Shown here in pieces: positions 21,019 through 31,497 of a stretch of DNA of 64,000 nucleotides (its first letter is position 1; every line of letters starts with the position of its first letter). Below the pieces are notes generated by a model, which saw only the letters and a list, made by a program, of their open reading frames with translations, ran no database searches and had not been told where the DNA came from. The stretch is from an uncultured Acidimicrobiaceae bacterium (GTDB taxonomy: Bacteria > Actinomycetota > Acidimicrobiia > Spongiisociales > UBA5794), in NCBI GenBank assembly GCA_947259365.1, contig CAMYMC010000008.1:45804-109803 (forward strand), written 5' to 3'. The position numbers and the translations under genes were made by a program.

Positions 21019-22887
21019 ATGGCGATCGACGTCGCAGTTGCACGAGAGCGCGACCGGAGGAGGCGGCTGCGGCGAATCGCGTTCATCCTCACCCCGATCG
21101 CGGCGTGGCTGTGGTGGCGGATCGCCAACGGCAGGCCGGTCTCACCCGGGTTCCCCGACCTGCCTCCCGAAGCGGTGTTCTGGCTCCCCGGCGTCCTTCT
21201 CATCCTCCTCCTCGGCGTCGTGTTCATCGTGCCGATGCTCGGCAACGGCCGCTCCCCGCACACGATCTACCTCCCGGAGCAGCTCGAGGTGGGCTTCGAC
21301 GACGTCAAAGGCCTCGGCGGGGTCGTCGCCGAGGTGCGCCACACCCTCGGAGTGTTTCTCAACCACAAGCAATTCCGCTCGGAGATGGGCGGCAATCCGC
21401 GCCGCGGCGTCCTCTTCGAGGGCCCGCCCGGGACCGGGAAGACCCATGCCGCCAAGGCAATGGCGAAAGAGGCGGGCGTCCCGTTCCTCTTCGTCTCCTC
21501 TACGGCGTTCCAGTCGATGTGGTACGGGGCAACGGCGCGCAAGATTCGCGCCTTCTTCCGCCAGCTCCGCAAGGTGGCCCGGCGGGAGGGTGGCGCTATC
21601 GGATTCATCGAGGAGATCGACGCCATCGGCGTCAAGCGCGGTGGGATGTCGGCGTCCACCGTTTCGCCGGCGCCCGGTGGTGGGAGCGACGGCGCGGTCA
21701 CCGTCGACAACGCCGGCGTCTCTCAGGGGATCGGCGGCGTCGTCAACGAGCTACTCGTCCAGATGCAGAGCTTCGACGAGCCCACCCGGCTCAACAAGAT
21801 CCGGGACGGTCTCGTCCGTTTCGCCAACCGGTATCTGCCGCCCCACCGCCACTTCAAGACGACGACACCGCCGTTCGCGAACGTCCTCCTCATCGGGGCC
21901 ACGAATCGGGCGGATTCGCTCGACCCGGCGCTGCTGCGGCCGGGCCGATTCGACCGCATCCTCCATTTCGGCCTGCCGAGCCGGCGCGACCGGCGCGAGC
22001 TCATCGACTACTTCCTCGCCCGCAAGGCGCACACGGGCGAACTCGACCTGGACGAGTCCCGGGACGGGCTCGCGGCAACGACGATGGGCTACTCGCCGGC
22101 ATCGCTGGAGCGGCTCTTCGACGAGGCCCTCCTCGTTGCGCTTCGCGCCGGGAGGAAGGCCCTCACCAGACGCGACCTGCGTCGGGCGCAGATGGAGGTC
22201 GAGATCGGGCTCCCCAACCCCGTCGACTACCCCGTTGACGAGCGGAACACGATCGCCACCCACGAGGCCGGCCACGCCGTCGTCGCCTATCTCGCCGGCG
22301 CCGGCCGGAAGCTCGAGGTGCTCTCGATCATCAAGCGGAGAGACTCGCTCGGGCTCCTCGCCCATCGCGACGAGGAAGAGCGCTACACGAAACGGGCGAG
22401 CGAGATGAAAGCGATGCTCCAGATCTCATTCGGCGGAATGGTGGCCGAGGAGGTCTTCTTCGGCGAGTCGGGGACCGGACCTGCGGGTGACCTCGCCGCA
22501 GCGACGCGCCTCGCCGTCGACATGATCGGCTCCTACGGCCTCGGCGACTCTCTCATCTCGTTCCGTAGCCTCGACGCCGGTGTCATGGGCGGAAACCTCG
22601 TGGCGAAGGTGCTCGCCGACGGACGGTCGCGCAAGGCCGTCGACATGCTCCTCGCCGACGCCAAGCACGAGGCGACGCGACTCATCGTCGACCACCGCTA
22701 CCTCGTCGAAGCACTCCGCGACGCGCTCCTGGAGCGGGAGGAACTCGTCGAGGATGAGATCCTCGACGTCCTCCGCAGCGCCGAGACGGATGCGCTGAGC
22801 GAGGACAGGGTCCTCGTCGATCTCCGCAAGGGCCCTGCCAGGCTTGCCGACCGCCGCGGCACCGCCATCGAGCTCGTCGAAGACTGA
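21019..22887 (+). CDS. FtsH-like membrane AAA+ metalloprotease (paralogue)
   Basis: Two N-terminal TMs, GPPGTGKT, FIEEIDA, ATNR-x3-LDPALLRPGRFDR, HEAGH. Confidence 0.9.
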   Translation: MAIDVAVARERDRRRRLRRIAFILTPIAAWLWWRIANGRPVSPGFPDLPPEAVFWLPGVLLILLLGVVFIVPMLGNGRSPHTIYLPEQLEVGFDDVKGLGGVVAEVRHTLGVFLNHKQFRSEMGGNPRRGVLFEGPPGTGKTHAAKAMAKEAGVPFLFVSSTAFQSMWYGATARKIRAFFRQLRKVARREGGAIGFIEEIDAIGVKRGGMSASTVSPAPGGGSDGAVTVDNAGVSQGIGGVVNELLVQMQSFDEPTRLNKIRDGLVRFANRYLPPHRHFKTTTPPFANVLLIGATNRADSLDPALLRPGRFDRILHFGLPSRRDRRELIDYFLARKAHTGELDLDESRDGLAATTMGYSPASLERLFDEALLVALRAGRKALTRRDLRRAQMEVEIGLPNPVDYPVDERNTIATHEAGHAVVAYLAGAGRKLEVLSIIKRRDSLGLLAHRDEEERYTKRASEMKAMLQISFGGMVAEEVFFGESGTGPAGDLAAATRLAVDMIGSYGLGDSLISFRSLDAGVMGGNLVAKVLADGRSRKAVDMLLADAKHEATRLIVDHRYLVEALRDALLEREELVEDEILDVLRSAETDALSEDRVLVDLRKGPARLADRRGTAIELVED

Positions 22888-22940
22888 GCGCTCCGGGCAG
22901 CGGGACGGCCGCGGCCGGCGAATCCGGCCCCGGGCGCCGG

Positions 22941-24188
22941 CTACGTCCCGTCCTGCCAGCTCGCCAGGTAACGCTCCTGTTCGTCGGTCAGGACCTCGAG
23001 CCCGCCTCCCATCGCCTCGAGCTTGAGTCGAGCGACCTCCCGGTCGAGATCGGCCGGAAGCACGTGCACCGCCGGCTCGAGATCGTCCCCACTGTCGACG
23101 ATCCACTCTGCGGCCAGGGCCTGATTGGCGAACGACATGTCCATGACGTCGGCGGGATGGCCCTCGGCGGCGCCGAGGTTCACGAGCCTGCCCTCGGCCA
23201 CGACGAGGAGCCGACGCCCGTCCGGAAGCGTGTACTCCTCGAGGCTCTCCCGCAGGCGGCGCCTGCTCACCGCCATGCGGTCGAGGGCGCCGAGGTCGAG
23301 CTCGACGTCGAAGTGCCCGGCATTCGCCAGGATCGAGCCGTCCTTCATCTCGGCGAAGTGCTCCTCGCGAAACACGTGGATGTTCCCGGTGGCGGTGATG
23401 AACACGTCCCCCTCACGGGCTGCAGCTCGACCGTCGCGGACGCGGTGGCCGTTCATCGCAGCCGACACGGCGCGGATCGGGTCGACCTCCATGACGACGA
23501 CGTTCGCTCCGAGGCCCTTCGCTCGCTCCGCGATCCCCCACCCGCAGTCGCCGTACCCGGCGACGACGACAGTGCGACCTGCGAACAGGATGTTGGCGGC
23601 GCGCAGGATCCCGTCGAGCGACGACTGGCCCGTGCCGTGGCGGTTGTCGAAGAGGTGCTTCGTCGCCGAGTCGTTGACCGCGACGACCGGGTATCGGAGC
23701 ACCCCGTCGGCGGCCATGGCCCGCAGCCGGATGACGCCCGTCGTCGTCTCCTCGAGCCCGCCGATGATGGGAGCGTCGCCACGCTCCTTGTGGAGGACGG
23801 TGGTCATGTCCGCCCCGTCGTCGAAGACGATGTCGGGACCGGCGTCGATGACCGAGTGGATGTGCTCGTAGAACGTCTCCGCCGACTCACCGCGCACCGC
23901 GAAGACCGGGATGCCGCCGTCGACGAGGGCCGCGGCAACGTCGTCCTGGGTCGAGAGCGGGTTGGAGGCGCACAGCGCCACCTCGGCGCCCCCCGCCCGC
24001 AGCGCGAGCATGAGGTTGGCGGTCTCCGACGTGACGTGCATGCAAGCCCCGACCGTGATCCCCTCGAGCGGGCGCTCCTTCTCGAACCGGTCCCGGATGG
24101 CGGCGAGGACGTTCATGCGGCGTCCGGCCCACTCGATTCGCCTGTGGCCGGTCTCGGCGAGGCCGAGATCGGCGATGTCGTAGTCCAC
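22941..24188 (-). CDS. ahcY: Adenosylhomocysteinase
   Basis: [28 protein letters not shown]-x-G, GRLVNLG, GHP. Confidence 0.97.
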   Translation of the reverse strand: MDYDIADLGLAETGHRRIEWAGRRMNVLAAIRDRFEKERPLEGITVGACMHVTSETANLMLALRAGGAEVALCASNPLSTQDDVAAALVDGGIPVFAVRGESAETFYEHIHSVIDAGPDIVFDDGADMTTVLHKERGDAPIIGGLEETTTGVIRLRAMAADGVLRYPVVAVNDSATKHLFDNRHGTGQSSLDGILRAANILFAGRTVVVAGYGDCGWGIAERAKGLGANVVVMEVDPIRAVSAAMNGHRVRDGRAAAREGDVFITATGNIHVFREEHFAEMKDGSILANAGHFDVELDLGALDRMAVSRRRLRESLEEYTLPDGRRLLVVAEGRLVNLGAAEGHPADVMDMSFANQALAAEWIVDSGDDLEPAVHVLPADLDREVARLKLEAMGGGLEVLTDEQERYLASWQDGT

Positions 24189-24204
24189 TTGGCTCCTCCT
24201 GCTC

Positions 24205-25215
24205 TCAGGCCCGTCCGAGGCGTTGCTTGAATCCTTCCAGGAGGTCGATGCGAGCGGCGTCGACCCCGGCTATGTCGGCGAGGTGAACCGACGTCACGTC
24301 GCCGACGACGCCCAGGCTGAAGAACCGCTCCAGCGGGGACGTCCCCTGGGCGACGACGTCCCCCACCACGGGCACCCTCCCGTCGATCACCTCCGCGGTC
24401 AGCGCCATGCGGCGTTCGACGGCGGCCGAGCCGCCCGGGTCTCGCAGCATCACCACACCGATGGCGCGTTCACCGAGCTCAGGCAGCGCCCCCCAACTCT
24501 CGAGCTCGTTGTGGTCGAGTTCGGGGACCTCCCCAGCGTAGGCCGGCATTTTGGCGTTCTCGTTGATCTGGGTCTTCCACCTCACGGCGGCGCCGGACGC
24601 CACGCCGTGGCCGCCGTAGATGACAGCGATTCTGCCGAAGAGGGCGTCGGCGAGGTCGCGGCCGAGCGTAGCCGCCGGTCCCGAGCCGCCGTCGAGCAGG
24701 CCGTCGACGAGCTCGCTTGTCCGGCTCAGGTCGGCCTCGATGTCGTAGCCCGATTCCAGCACGGCGTGGAGCATCCTGGCCACGACCCCTCCCTGGAGCG
24801 CGACGGCTGCCCGGGGCTGGAGGCCTCCGGCAAAGAGGGCAACCGGCGCGCCGTCGGCCGACGCTCGTTCGGCGAGGGCCCCGCCCGTCGTCACCGCGAT
24901 GTACTGGAGCCCGGCGTCGGTTGCCGCGTCGACGGCCGAGAGCGTCTCCTCGGTGTTGCCCGAGTACGAGACCGCCACGACGAGAGCTCCCCTCCCCGCC
25001 GCCCATGACGGGATGCCGTAGGTGCCGTGGGGGAACACCGCCGCACCCGGGGCACTGAGCGCACCCACCCGCGCCGCCATCCCCGAACCCCCCATCCCGG
25101 CGACGACGACCACACCGGCCGGCGGGACGGCCGGGAGGTCGACCGCGGCGGCCTCGCGGAGCTGGTCACCAGTCCCGTAGACGTGATCCATCATCGGCAT
25201 TCCGGTTCCGCCCAT
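24205..25215 (-). CDS. Bifunctional phosphoglucose/phosphomannose isomerase (SIS)
   Basis: [36 protein letters not shown]. Confidence 0.92.
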   Translation of the reverse strand: MGGTGMPMMDHVYGTGDQLREAAAVDLPAVPPAGVVVVAGMGGSGMAARVGALSAPGAAVFPHGTYGIPSWAAGRGALVVAVSYSGNTEETLSAVDAATDAGLQYIAVTTGGALAERASADGAPVALFAGGLQPRAAVALQGGVVARMLHAVLESGYDIEADLSRTSELVDGLLDGGSGPAATLGRDLADALFGRIAVIYGGHGVASGAAVRWKTQINENAKMPAYAGEVPELDHNELESWGALPELGERAIGVVMLRDPGGSAAVERRMALTAEVIDGRVPVVGDVVAQGTSPLERFFSLGVVGDVTSVHLADIAGVDAARIDLLEGFKQRLGRA

Positions 25216-25406
25216 CACTCGTCGAGCCCGCCGCCGCCAGGAATCACCTCGTCCTCGAGCATGATCGGTATGCCGTCCTCGACGGGGTACGCCACCCCGC
25301 AGTCGTCGCACACGAGCGACGGCGGCTCGAGGCGCTCGCTCAAGCTCCCGGTGCAGATGATGCACTGCATGATCTCGATGAGGCCCTCCGGTAGCAGCTC
25401 ACTCAT
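25215..25406 (-). CDS. Trm112 family protein
   Basis: CIIC...LVCDDC...YPVEDGIPIML; usual position after manB. Confidence 0.88.
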   Translation of the reverse strand: MSELLPEGLIEIMQCIICTGSLSERLEPPSLVCDDCGVAYPVEDGIPIMLEDEVIPGGGGLDE

Positions 25407-26746
25407 AGCTCCTTCTCCCTCTCGAGGACTCGCTCCACGGCGGAGGCGAGATCGGCCACCGCCTCCCGATCCGGCGCTTCGACGTTGAGCCGGAGCACGG
25501 GCTCGGTGTTGGAGGGTCGCACGTTGAGCCACCGGTCCCCGAGATCGACGGTGAGGCCGTCGAGGCGGTCGAGCCCGGCACCTGGGAACGCGGCCGCAAC
25601 CGAGGCGATGGCGGCGTCCTTGTCACGCACCTCGAAGTTGATCTCCCCCGATTGCGCGTACGGTTCGTAGTCGCGGCGCAGCTCCGACAGGGGCCGTCCA
25701 TCCTCGGAGAGCGCCTGCAGAAGCACGAGCATCGCCAGGATCCCAGAGTCGGCCCGGTAGTTGTCCCTGAAGTAGTAATGGCCGGAGTGCTCGCCACCGA
25801 ACACCGCACCCGTCTCCGCCATGACCTGCTTGATGAACGAATGGCCCACCCTCGTGCGCACCGGACGCCCGCCTCGCGCCTCGACGAGCTCCGGGACGGC
25901 GCGCGAGCAGATGAGGTTGTGGACGATGGCGGCCCCGGGCTCGCGAGACAGGAACCAGGCAGCGACGATGGCGGTGACAGTGCTCCCCGGCAGCGGCTGG
26001 AGCCGGTCGTCGATGAAGAACGCCCGATCGGCGTCACCGTCGAAGGCGACGCCGAGATCGCACCCCTCCCGGCGCATCAGCGCCTCGAGGTCGCGCAGGT
26101 TCTCCGGCCGCAGCGGGTCTGGATGGTGGTTGGGGAACGTGCCGTCCGGCTCGAGGTAGAGGGGCACGAGCGCGGGGGCGATGGCGGCGAAGACGGAGGG
26201 CACGGCGACGCCGGCGACGCCGTTGCCCCCGTCGACGGCGACCCGGACGGGAGCGAGCACGTCACGCTCGACGACGCCGAGGAGGTGCTCGACGTACCCG
26301 GCGAGAAGGTCCCGGTCGGTGATCTCTCCCGCCGTCGCCGCCGGCGGCTGGGTTTCCGCGGCGAGCCGCTTGACGTCGTCGAGGCCGGTGTCGGAGCCGA
26401 CGGGGGCCGCTCCGGCGAGGCAGAGCTTGATCCCGTTGTAACCCTTCGGGTTGTGAGAGGCGGTGACCATCGCCCCGGGCTCGTCGAGGGCGCCTGCGGC
26501 GTAGTAGACCATGTCGGTCGTGATCATCCCCAGTCGGTCCACGGCGACGCCCTGGGACGTGATGCCGTCTATGAGCGCGGCGACGAGGCCGGGGGACGAT
26601 TCTCGGCAGTCGTGACCGACGGCGATCCGGGGCGTGCCGGCGAAGAGAGCAAACGCAGCTCCAACGGCGCGAGCCGTGGGTTCGCCGAGCTCCTCGGGAA
26701 CGAGGCCGCGGATGTCGTAGGCCTTGAAGATGGCATCCAGGGACAT
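25403..26746 (-). CDS. manB: Phosphomannomutase/phosphoglucomutase
   Basis: FKAYDIRG, TASHNP, FDGDADR, GGEHSGH, RPSNTEP. Confidence 0.95.
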   Translation of the reverse strand: MSLDAIFKAYDIRGLVPEELGEPTARAVGAAFALFAGTPRIAVGHDCRESSPGLVAALIDGITSQGVAVDRLGMITTDMVYYAAGALDEPGAMVTASHNPKGYNGIKLCLAGAAPVGSDTGLDDVKRLAAETQPPAATAGEITDRDLLAGYVEHLLGVVERDVLAPVRVAVDGGNGVAGVAVPSVFAAIAPALVPLYLEPDGTFPNHHPDPLRPENLRDLEALMRREGCDLGVAFDGDADRAFFIDDRLQPLPGSTVTAIVAAWFLSREPGAAIVHNLICSRAVPELVEARGGRPVRTRVGHSFIKQVMAETGAVFGGEHSGHYYFRDNYRADSGILAMLVLLQALSEDGRPLSELRRDYEPYAQSGEINFEVRDKDAAIASVAAAFPGAGLDRLDGLTVDLGDRWLNVRPSNTEPVLRLNVEAPDREAVADLASAVERVLEREKEL

Positions 26747-26815
26747 GGCGCCGGGATTCTAAAGGGGTGGGCCCCGGACTCAGCAGCGGGCGGCCCCTTT
26801 CTACAATCCCCCCGG

Positions 26816-27523
26816 ATGTCGTCTCCTCCCTCGCTCTCCGTCGTCATCCCGATCCACAACGAAGCCGACTACCTCATCGGCGCGGTCGCCGACCTGTACC
26901 GGGAGCTCGAGCACGTTCCCGTCGCCGTCGACATCGTGCTCGTCGAGAACGGCTCGACGGACGCGACGCCCGCGCTCGCCGTCGAACTCGCCAGCCGCCA
27001 CCGCACCCTCGACGTGCTCACCCTGCCGGATCCCGATTACGGCGGGGCAATGCGGGAGGGGTTTCTCGCCGCCACCGGGGAGTGGGTCGTCGGCTTCGAC
27101 ATCGACTACTACTCCGGAGAGTTCCTGCGGACGGTCATCGCCATCGGCGACGCCGCCGACGTCGTCCTCGCATCGAAACGCGCTCCCGGATCGGAGGACC
27201 GCCGCTCACTCTTCCGCCGCATCGCCACGTGGGGGTTCAACCTCGTCCTGCGCACCGTCCTGTCGTCGGGGGTGAGCGACACCCACGGCATGAAGGCCGT
27301 GCGTCGCGACATCGTCGCCGCAGTGGGTCCTGCGGTGATCTCGCGCGAGGACCTCTTCGACACCGAGCTCGTCATCCGCGCCGAGCGCGCCGGCGCCCGC
27401 ATCGCCGAGGTCCCCGTCGTCGTGGAGGAGAAACGGCAGGCACGGTCTTCGCTGCTTCGACGAGTGCCGCGAACACTGCGGGGCGTGTGGCGGATCCGGC
27501 GGCAGCTGCGCCGGGAGGGCTGA
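26816..27523 (+). CDS. Glycosyltransferase family 2 (polyprenol-phosphate glycosyltransferase-like)
   Basis: VVIPIHNE, ENGSTD, DID, SDTHG, FDTE; TACAAT -10 at 26802-26807 suggests a leaderless start. Confidence 0.88.
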   Translation: MSSPPSLSVVIPIHNEADYLIGAVADLYRELEHVPVAVDIVLVENGSTDATPALAVELASRHRTLDVLTLPDPDYGGAMREGFLAATGEWVVGFDIDYYSGEFLRTVIAIGDAADVVLASKRAPGSEDRRSLFRRIATWGFNLVLRTVLSSGVSDTHGMKAVRRDIVAAVGPAVISREDLFDTELVIRAERAGARIAEVPVVVEEKRQARSSLLRRVPRTLRGVWRIRRQLRREG

Positions 27524-27524
27524 A

Positions 27525-27995
27525 TCAGCGCTCGGCGCCGACCGGGGGATGCGCGACGTCCCGGTCGTCGAGAGCCCGGCGAAAGACGAGGTCGCGGTAG
27601 CTGGCGAACTTGGGGATGAGGATGATGACCGACGCTGCCAGGAGGGCCACGTTCTCGCCGAGTCGGCTCAGCGGCCCGAACCACACATCGGCAAGCCACA
27701 TGAGCAGTTGGGTCGCCGCCCAAGCGAAGACGTTGATGACATAGAACCTCACCGTCTCCCTCACGTTCTCGCCGCCATCGGTGAGCCTGAAGGACCACCG
27801 CCGATTGAGCACGTAGGAGACGAGCGTGGCGACCGCGAACGCCACCGTCACCGCCCAGAACACCGACAGCCCGGCGATGCGCATCACGTTGAAGACGGCA
27901 AACGAGACGATGGTGTTGACGACGCCGACGAAGCCGGTCTTGACGAACTGGCCTGCCGTCTCCCTCGTGAGGAACGTCTGCAGGTAGCCGTTCAC
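27525..27995 (-). CDS. GtrA family flippase-like protein
   Basis: Four TMs, FVGVVNT, SYVLNRRWSF. Confidence 0.88.
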   Translation of the reverse strand: MNGYLQTFLTRETAGQFVKTGFVGVVNTIVSFAVFNVMRIAGLSVFWAVTVAFAVATLVSYVLNRRWSFRLTDGGENVRETVRFYVINVFAWAATQLLMWLADVWFGPLSRLGENVALLAASVIILIPKFASYRDLVFRRALDDRDVAHPPVGAER

Positions 27996-30229
27996 GATGC
28001 CTCAGCTCGCCGGCGCGGTGACCGGCGCGACCAGGAGATCCCGACGACGGCGGCGAGCCCGATGACCGTCAGCAACATGCCGGATGCTTCGGCAGGGGAC
28101 CTCGTGAACTCAAGCACGACCTCCTCTTCGGTCGGCACGACGACCATGAGCGACGGCGCAGCCCGGTACGGCCCGTCCGCCCCCCGCGCCTTCCAGTTGG
28201 GGAAGTACGAGACCTTCACCAGGTGGGGAACCCCGACTGCGGTGGTCCGGAACGAGATGCGGTGGTCCTCGAGCACGATGTCCGAGACCGTGCCTCCCCG
28301 GGCGCCCGTGGGCCGGGCGAGATCGAGACGGTCGGCGACCGCGCCGATGCGGGGCCACCGTGCCGGCCCGTCGGCGACCATCCAGCGATCGAGGTTGTCG
28401 ACGTCGCCGTACCACTCGAGGGCCGCGTCGACGAAGCCTCCCTCCCCGTCGTACACGGTCGGGATGGTGGTCGCCACGTCGACGAGCGAGCTCTCCGGAA
28501 CGGCGAAGACCGTCCAGGGCTCGGCGGTCCCGAGCTGGTCGAGTCTCGCCGTGCGCGCTGCTTCGGTCGCTTCTTCCGTGAAGGTCACGTAGTAGCCCAC
28601 GTTGTAGAGCTGGAGATGGCGCACTGCGCGCTCGAGGTCGAGGCGGCGGTAGTTGAGCCCCCGCACCGGGTTCGAGGGCCTCAGGGAGACCTCGGAGGCG
28701 TTGATGAAGTGGAACGGCGTCGTGATCGAGGACTCGAAGTAGAGGCCCTCCATCGACGGGTGATCATCGCTCCAGTACGGGAAGAGCATGAGCGCCATCG
28801 GAGTGCCGTAACGGTTCATATCGCCGTTCGCCTCCCACATGATCCGGCCCGGAGCCAGCTCATCGACCTCCGCCATGAGCGCCGCGTACTCCCCGTGACC
28901 TTCTTTGCCCTCGTAGCCGGTGAAGTTCCAGCGGACCCAGCCGGGAACGTCGTGGATGCCGGCGACGGTGACGTTGACGAGAACGAGGGCGAGAAGGGCC
29001 ACACCGACGGCCAGGTTCTGCCGGCGCAACGGCAGCCAGCGGGCCGCGGCGGTCACGGCCATGCCGAGGGCAAGACCGGCGAAGATGAACCCACCGAGGT
29101 ACCAGTACGGGAGGAGCCTCGCGTTGTAGACCACCGTGAGCTCCACGTCGGGAAGCTGCAGCAGCCAGTACCCGAGGAACGGCAGCACCGTCATCGTCGC
29201 CAGGACGGCGGTGTCGTAGCGGCGCATGGCCGTCCAGGCGAACCCGACGACGCCGAGCGCGAAGACCGGGATGAACTCGTTGGGCAGCGGCGTTGCGACG
29301 GTTCCCGGTGCGATCCCTTCGCCGACGAGGCCGGAGACGGGGAACCACCCCATGTCGGTGGCGAGACCCTGGAGGAACGCCACGGCAAATGGGAGCGCCC
29401 AGAACGCCGCGAGGGCGAACCCGAGGCCCCAACTCGTCAGCAGCGTTCGGGGACCATCGCGGCGAAGCAACAGGGGCAGAGAGGCCAGGACGACGACGAT
29501 CGTCGTCACGACGTGACTCAGCGCGGTGAGGGCGAGAACCACCCCGGCGGCCACCGAGATCCGGCGACCCTCCCGGGTGTCCCGGATCACGAGGCCGAGG
29601 TAGACGAGCGACAGGGCGAAGGACCACCCGAAGGAGAACTCGCCGGCGAGGGTCGACTTGATGTTGCCCCCGAAGATGGAGAAGCTCTCCATGAAGACGT
29701 ACATCGAGCCGGTGACGGTGGCCACGGCGGAGACGGGGCGACCGAAGCCCATCTTGCGCACGAAGAAGTACACGGCTGCGGGGAGGGCGAGCAGGCCGGC
29801 CACGGCGACGAGCTTGAACGCGACCCCGTACGGCAGGGCGACGTCGAGGAGCACGGTCACCAGGGCGGGCAGCGGGAAGTAGAAGAACAACGCGGGGTAC
29901 CCGGCGTACCAGTCGTTGCTCCAACCGAGGATTCGCCCCCCCGGCAGGAGGTTGTCCCGCAGGTGCTGGGGCAACAGGACGTGCGCGCCCATGTCGCCGC
30001 CGGTCGGCGTGTTCGCCGTGAATAGGGCCGGCCAGTTGACGTCGAGGGAGAAGAACGGGAACCCGCTCTGGGGCGACACCCGCCCGAGCGTTCCCGACAT
30101 CACGATGAGGATCATGAGGGTGGGAAGGCCGATACCGAGGAGGGCGAGCACGCGGGGCGTGAGCCACGTCCGTTCTTCGGTGGGAGCGGGCGGAGCGGTC
30201 GGATGAGCCTCGAGCGTCGAAGCCGTCAC
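27992..30229 (-). CDS. Multi-pass membrane GT-C-like protein (PTPS-related membrane family)
   Basis: GGDMGAH, W-x3-WYAGYP-x3-YFPLP, many TMs, C-terminal SYFPNW; adjacent to GT2 and GtrA. Confidence 0.75.
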   Translation of the reverse strand: MTASTLEAHPTAPPAPTEERTWLTPRVLALLGIGLPTLMILIVMSGTLGRVSPQSGFPFFSLDVNWPALFTANTPTGGDMGAHVLLPQHLRDNLLPGGRILGWSNDWYAGYPALFFYFPLPALVTVLLDVALPYGVAFKLVAVAGLLALPAAVYFFVRKMGFGRPVSAVATVTGSMYVFMESFSIFGGNIKSTLAGEFSFGWSFALSLVYLGLVIRDTREGRRISVAAGVVLALTALSHVVTTIVVVLASLPLLLRRDGPRTLLTSWGLGFALAAFWALPFAVAFLQGLATDMGWFPVSGLVGEGIAPGTVATPLPNEFIPVFALGVVGFAWTAMRRYDTAVLATMTVLPFLGYWLLQLPDVELTVVYNARLLPYWYLGGFIFAGLALGMAVTAAARWLPLRRQNLAVGVALLALVLVNVTVAGIHDVPGWVRWNFTGYEGKEGHGEYAALMAEVDELAPGRIMWEANGDMNRYGTPMALMLFPYWSDDHPSMEGLYFESSITTPFHFINASEVSLRPSNPVRGLNYRRLDLERAVRHLQLYNVGYYVTFTEEATEAARTARLDQLGTAEPWTVFAVPESSLVDVATTIPTVYDGEGGFVDAALEWYGDVDNLDRWMVADGPARWPRIGAVADRLDLARPTGARGGTVSDIVLEDHRISFRTTAVGVPHLVKVSYFPNWKARGADGPYRAAPSLMVVVPTEEEVVLEFTRSPAEASGMLLTVIGLAAVVGISWSRRSPRRRAEAS

Positions 30230-30289
30230 GGAGGTGGAGGGTAGCGGGGCCCGGGATGTGTGGGCTGCAGTGGGAACCGAGGCCGCGGC

Positions 30290-30493
30290 TCAGCCGCGGG
30301 GGCGTCTCGCCATCTCGAGCACGATGTCGAGATCCAACGACTCCCCGCCCTGGTTCCACCAGCGGGTCTCACACTGGTGGCACGAGTAGAACTCGACCTC
30401 GGTGCCGTCGGGCAGCGTCAACCCGATCTCGATGACCGAGGAGGCGCCGCACGACTCGCACCGGAGCCGCGGCTGGCCGTTGTCCCTTCCCAT
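30290..30493 (-). CDS. Small zinc-ribbon protein
   Basis: MGRDNG...CESC...SCHQCETRWW, two CxxC pairs, 67 aa. Confidence 0.7.
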   Translation of the reverse strand: MGRDNGQPRLRCESCGASSVIEIGLTLPDGTEVEFYSCHQCETRWWNQGGESLDLDIVLEMARRPRG

Positions 30494-30524
30494 AGCGCCT
30501 GCAGCGTAGTACGGCTTTTCGCGA

Positions 30525-30824
30525 TCAGGAAGAGCCCGCAGACTCGTCGGCGATCTCGGGGATGTCTTCGAGCTTGCCGACGTAGCGGGACCGCCGGCGC
30601 CCGTCCTCCCACCAGTACGCGTACCAGTACGGCCCGTGGGGGCACCTCGTGCACGTAGCCTTGCCGCACCGAACGTGGTGCTGGCGCAGCTTGAACTCCG
30701 GAGAGGACGCTGGGAACGCGACCCCATGCTGCTCGAGCCTCGCCTTGGCGAGCATGACGAGTCGCCGCAGCTCGTGCTCGTCCATCTCCCGAACCGCATC
30801 GAGAACGTCCCGGTCGATCGCCAT
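30525..30824 (-). CDS. DUF6788-like Cys/His protein
   Basis: VRCGKATCTRCPHGPYWYAY...SRYVGK pattern. Confidence 0.72.
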   Translation of the reverse strand: MAIDRDVLDAVREMDEHELRRLVMLAKARLEQHGVAFPASSPEFKLRQHHVRCGKATCTRCPHGPYWYAYWWEDGRRRSRYVGKLEDIPEIADESAGSS

Positions 30825-30832
30825 GCCGCCGC

Positions 30833-31060
30833 TCAGGCCACCTCGAGCGTCACGAACAGCGGGCGCACCGGGCTCCTGCGGTCCGTGAGCAGCCAGCCCC
30901 GCGGTGGAGTGACGCGCGCCGCGTGGCGCTCGCACATCGCGTAGCCCCTGCCCGGCTCGATTGGGCCGAGATGGTCGTCGAGCCACACCTGCGCGGCCCC
31001 ATAGTCGTAGGACATGACCGCCGTCGCCGGCGTGGCACATCGGGTACACAACGATGTCAC
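30833..31060 (-). CDS. DUF3499 family protein
   Basis: CTRC...SYDY...CERHA...PRGW; usual location upstream of manB. Confidence 0.82.
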   Translation of the reverse strand: MTSLCTRCATPATAVMSYDYGAAQVWLDDHLGPIEPGRGYAMCERHAARVTPPRGWLLTDRRSPVRPLFVTLEVA

Positions 31061-31071
31061 GTCCGCTGACG

Positions 31072-31488
31072 CTAGGTCGCCTGCTCGCCGCCGCCAAGCA
31101 TTTGGCCCGGGGCCGACATCGCAGCCAGGGCACGCTGCAGCGCCGCCCGCCTCGGCACGCCGGCCAGCTGGGCCACCGTCGCTCCGGACGCATCGCGGAA
31201 CACCGCGAGGGGGACACCGCCGACACCGGCTCGCTCGGCCACCGAGGCTTCGAGTTCCCAGGTCACCTCGCGGAACTCGATGCCGGCTCCCCTGAGGACG
31301 GCCCGCGCCTCATCGCAGCTGCTGCAGTCGGTCGAGGTGAAGAGCACGACCCCCCCGGGGAGGTCGGTGCCGCTGAGGTCGACGGGGGGATGCCGCGGCT
31401 GGCCGGAGCGGCGCGAAAGGTGCGCCGCTCCCAGCGCGGCGAGACCGACAACGGCGACGAGCGCGAGCCGCACGAGCACGTCATCCAT
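31072..31488 (-). CDS. Membrane-anchored thioredoxin/glutaredoxin-like protein
   Basis: N-terminal TM, FTSTDCSSC, GVP cis-Pro motif. Confidence 0.7.
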   Translation of the reverse strand: MDDVLVRLALVAVVGLAALGAAHLSRRSGQPRHPPVDLSGTDLPGGVVLFTSTDCSSCDEARAVLRGAGIEFREVTWELEASVAERAGVGGVPLAVFRDASGATVAQLAGVPRRAALQRALAAMSAPGQMLGGGEQAT

Positions 31489-31497
31489 CCGAGCGTC

